Source: an archaeon
Lineage (GTDB): Archaea > EX4484-52 > B79-G9
Length of the DNA: 17,456 nucleotides
NCBI GenBank assembly: GCA_043813875.1
Contig: JBDRKP010000007.1
Span: 1 to 17,456, forward strand
Direction: 5' to 3'
Below the pieces are notes generated by a model. The model had not been told where the DNA came from, ran no database searches, and was given only the letters and a program-made list of their open reading frames with translations. This document shows, in pieces, positions 16,601 through 17,456 of the stretch. The first letter of the stretch is position 1; every line of letters begins with the position of its first letter. A program made the translations under genes and the position numbers.

Positions 16601-17456
16601 GAATTCTACTGTTCCATCGCTTATCAAAAAGTCGTCTGAATGAGGTATCTCTACAAAATCACCGCCGTCAAATTCTAATGCTTGTCCTATCTTGCCTGTG
16701 GTCCAGGTAGGACGTGTGGATAATGTCGAGTTGCCTAGTGTCCCATCGTTTCCCATGCCTGAGCTGTCTGCTGCGGTTGTGCCTGAGCCTTCGGAAAAAC
16801 TCCATGAGCCTGCAAGATTATTGCTTAAACCTTTTTTATAGAGAGCCATTACCTCTGACGGAGTCAGAGTCCTGTTCCAGATGCCGATCTCGTCGATTGT
16901 GCCGTTGAAATAATCACCGGCGTATGTCTCACTTGAATGTCTTCTTCCTATTGACCACATATCCGAAGAACTCACAAGATAACTGGTTCCTGCAGACCAT
17001 TCGTCTATTTTTACTCCATTATGATAGATTTTTGCTATTCCTGACGGACGGTCCCAAGTCAGTACGCCATGATACCAAACCCCTTTATTTAGCGTCTCAC
17101 CGATAGGCCGATCCCAAACGCCATTATCATGTAATTGGACGAAATAGTTTCCAGAATCTGCGATTCCAAAAGCAGGTCTTCCCCAATGCTGATCAAAAAA
17201 TCTTGCTTTATTCAAACCAACTGGAAAACTGTCTGGCTTGAACCATACAGAAATAGTCAATCCGTCCCATGTATCTGTCGGAAGGATTGCACTGCCTTTT
17301 ATAACGTCACCCACGCCGTCAAAATGGATTGCAGTGCCTATTTTTCCTGTTGTCCATGTAGGACAGTAGGTATTGAAACATGTCGCTGTCCCGTTCTTCA
17401 GTGTACCTTCATTGTTATTGGCTGAACTGTCCTGTGCTGTCACGCCTACGTTTTCG
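13661..17456 (-). CDS. Large cell-surface protein, 5'-truncated: at least 3 LamG-like domains, a DUF2341-like domain, a carboxypeptidase-regulatory-like domain, a C-terminal TM helix and basic tail
   Basis: Repeated LxGSWxFSExxGTTAxDSSG...FDG...GTIDEVRIYN units; LTDYQIKV, WVKVP, YLYYGNP, FFDDFE; GTIEGTV...YQVTASKIGY; LLAIALIVALAAILLY then a K/R tail. The frame is open to the window edge (ENVGVTAQDSS is itself part of a repeat unit). Confidence 0.9.
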   Translation of the reverse strand, partial: ENVGVTAQDSSANNNEGTLKNGTATCFNTYCPTWTTGKIGTAIHFDGVGDVIKGSAILPTDTWDGLTISVWFKPDSFPVGLNKARFFDQHWGRPAFGIADSGNYFVQLHDNGVWDRPIGETLNKGVWYHGVLTWDRPSGIAKIYHNGVKIDEWSAGTSYLVSSSDMWSIGRRHSSETYAGDYFNGTIDEIGIWNRTLTPSEVMALYKKGLSNNLAGSWSFSEGSGTTAADSSGMGNDGTLGNSTLSTRPTWTTGKIGQALEFDGGDFVEIPHSDDFLISDGTVEFWFKTDDPTKDQGLISKDSEGLDTGGHLTISIDPASYVYVRQQNTVTEYILDSSTSTILADTWYHVAYTFGSDGMKLYIDGTEVDTDSYTGGLTGNYEPIALGAKTVRSDNLIIYPLQSYLDGTIDEVRIYNYALSASEIQAIYAVSNPVGDLTDYQIKVEKNLVGSWHFSENAGTTAKDSSGNGNDAVLPSAPSQPQWTGGIVGNALKFDGIDDYVDIGNPSSLQLTGAITLEAWVKWNGTENPYFVTKTGDSTHRSYDLSGNVDGTVEFRVGGTSCNIIQSSGGLVVPADEWIHLAGVYEPSGYIRLYVDGSIAKENTTSVPSSQCENGLNWFIGAREGNQGFSNGTIDEVRIYNRTLSPDEIRAHYEAGLANHYADEDYRYINTSATSVLSHWSENDNIDWVKVPLIKSGEITPVYLYYGNPAVTNISDGYATFEFFDDFEVDLSKWTQTATSTTSEINRVMAQAESGSYSAEVYQTFDDGDTALLKSFPAEETDREVRMYFYDDGASIVGYRHFLITRNNPVQTYIGVYSTYPSTYTYRIRLDIGSLYSDTGIPRSIGWHEFMWRIFAGKTDGFIDGAQIFSTPYMLNMSEIGIVSYWDSRPGFYNDLAIVRKYVSPEPEITISSPSGDITRGELTSVDITPASISGWDRFYASNTTPAGTSITYEILNASNSVVLCPLISGNGDDISSCASTAPSVRLHSVLSTTDSSVTPEIYLWNITWFPASLPAGNGTIEGTVSNATGPLDNVLITASNATHSYINYTGISGQYTLNIPPSTYQVTASKIGYIASSANTQVVSAATKTQDFVLQQPLVTEVITDAVVYFTSSKKSTINMGTRSRITVYVKNPKDNSVIVPLHIGSSDQTFRNLIQFENTGRRDMDIKLGPREERYVPIEVFAGRTGSYDLIIGPDDVYGNKYDEMSVIIINRDASLFSNTSGLRLLAIALIVALAAILLYGKSSGSQRKVRPHTRRNRSKSK

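Noticed and set aside
17441..17443. GTG at 17443 as the real start of the LamG protein
   Set aside because: The frame stays open to the window edge within a repeat unit, and no signal peptide follows this GTG.
13661..17456. Diversity-generating retroelement target or CRISPR-like repeats in the surface protein gene
   Set aside because: No template/variable repeat pair with adenine-specific mismatches, no reverse transcriptase and no regularly spaced repeats were seen.

Overview
Archaeal genomic window. The archaeal type II GAPDH, archaeal GluRS, the L7Ae-S28e-L24e-ndk cluster and a BHB tRNA intron show this. A DPANN-like lineage is plausible but is inference. 1-2786 is an AT-rich accessory block: an ABC-type ATPase + TOPRIM-like gene pair, an unannotated 55-aa Cys-rich zinc-finger gene with twin palindromic operators, a frameshifted IS5/IS903-like transposase remnant, and a 147-bp MITE that splits that element's right end. 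2876-6026 is an operon: a ribbon-helix-helix/nucleotidyltransferase fusion with a palindrome at its promoter, then pgk and gap. 6186-9097 holds an ADP-ribosylglycohydrolase-phosphoribosyltransferase fusion, a CPBP protease and a Fic protein. 9223-9327 is tRNA-Ser(CGA) with an 18-nt intron at the non-canonical T-loop position 59/60. The rest contains a small membrane protein, ndk, rpl24e, rps28e, rpl7ae (long structured leader), a Pro-rich coiled-coil protein, gltX and a 5'-truncated giant LamG/DUF2341 surface protein. All family calls come from motif recognition by eye; no searches were run.
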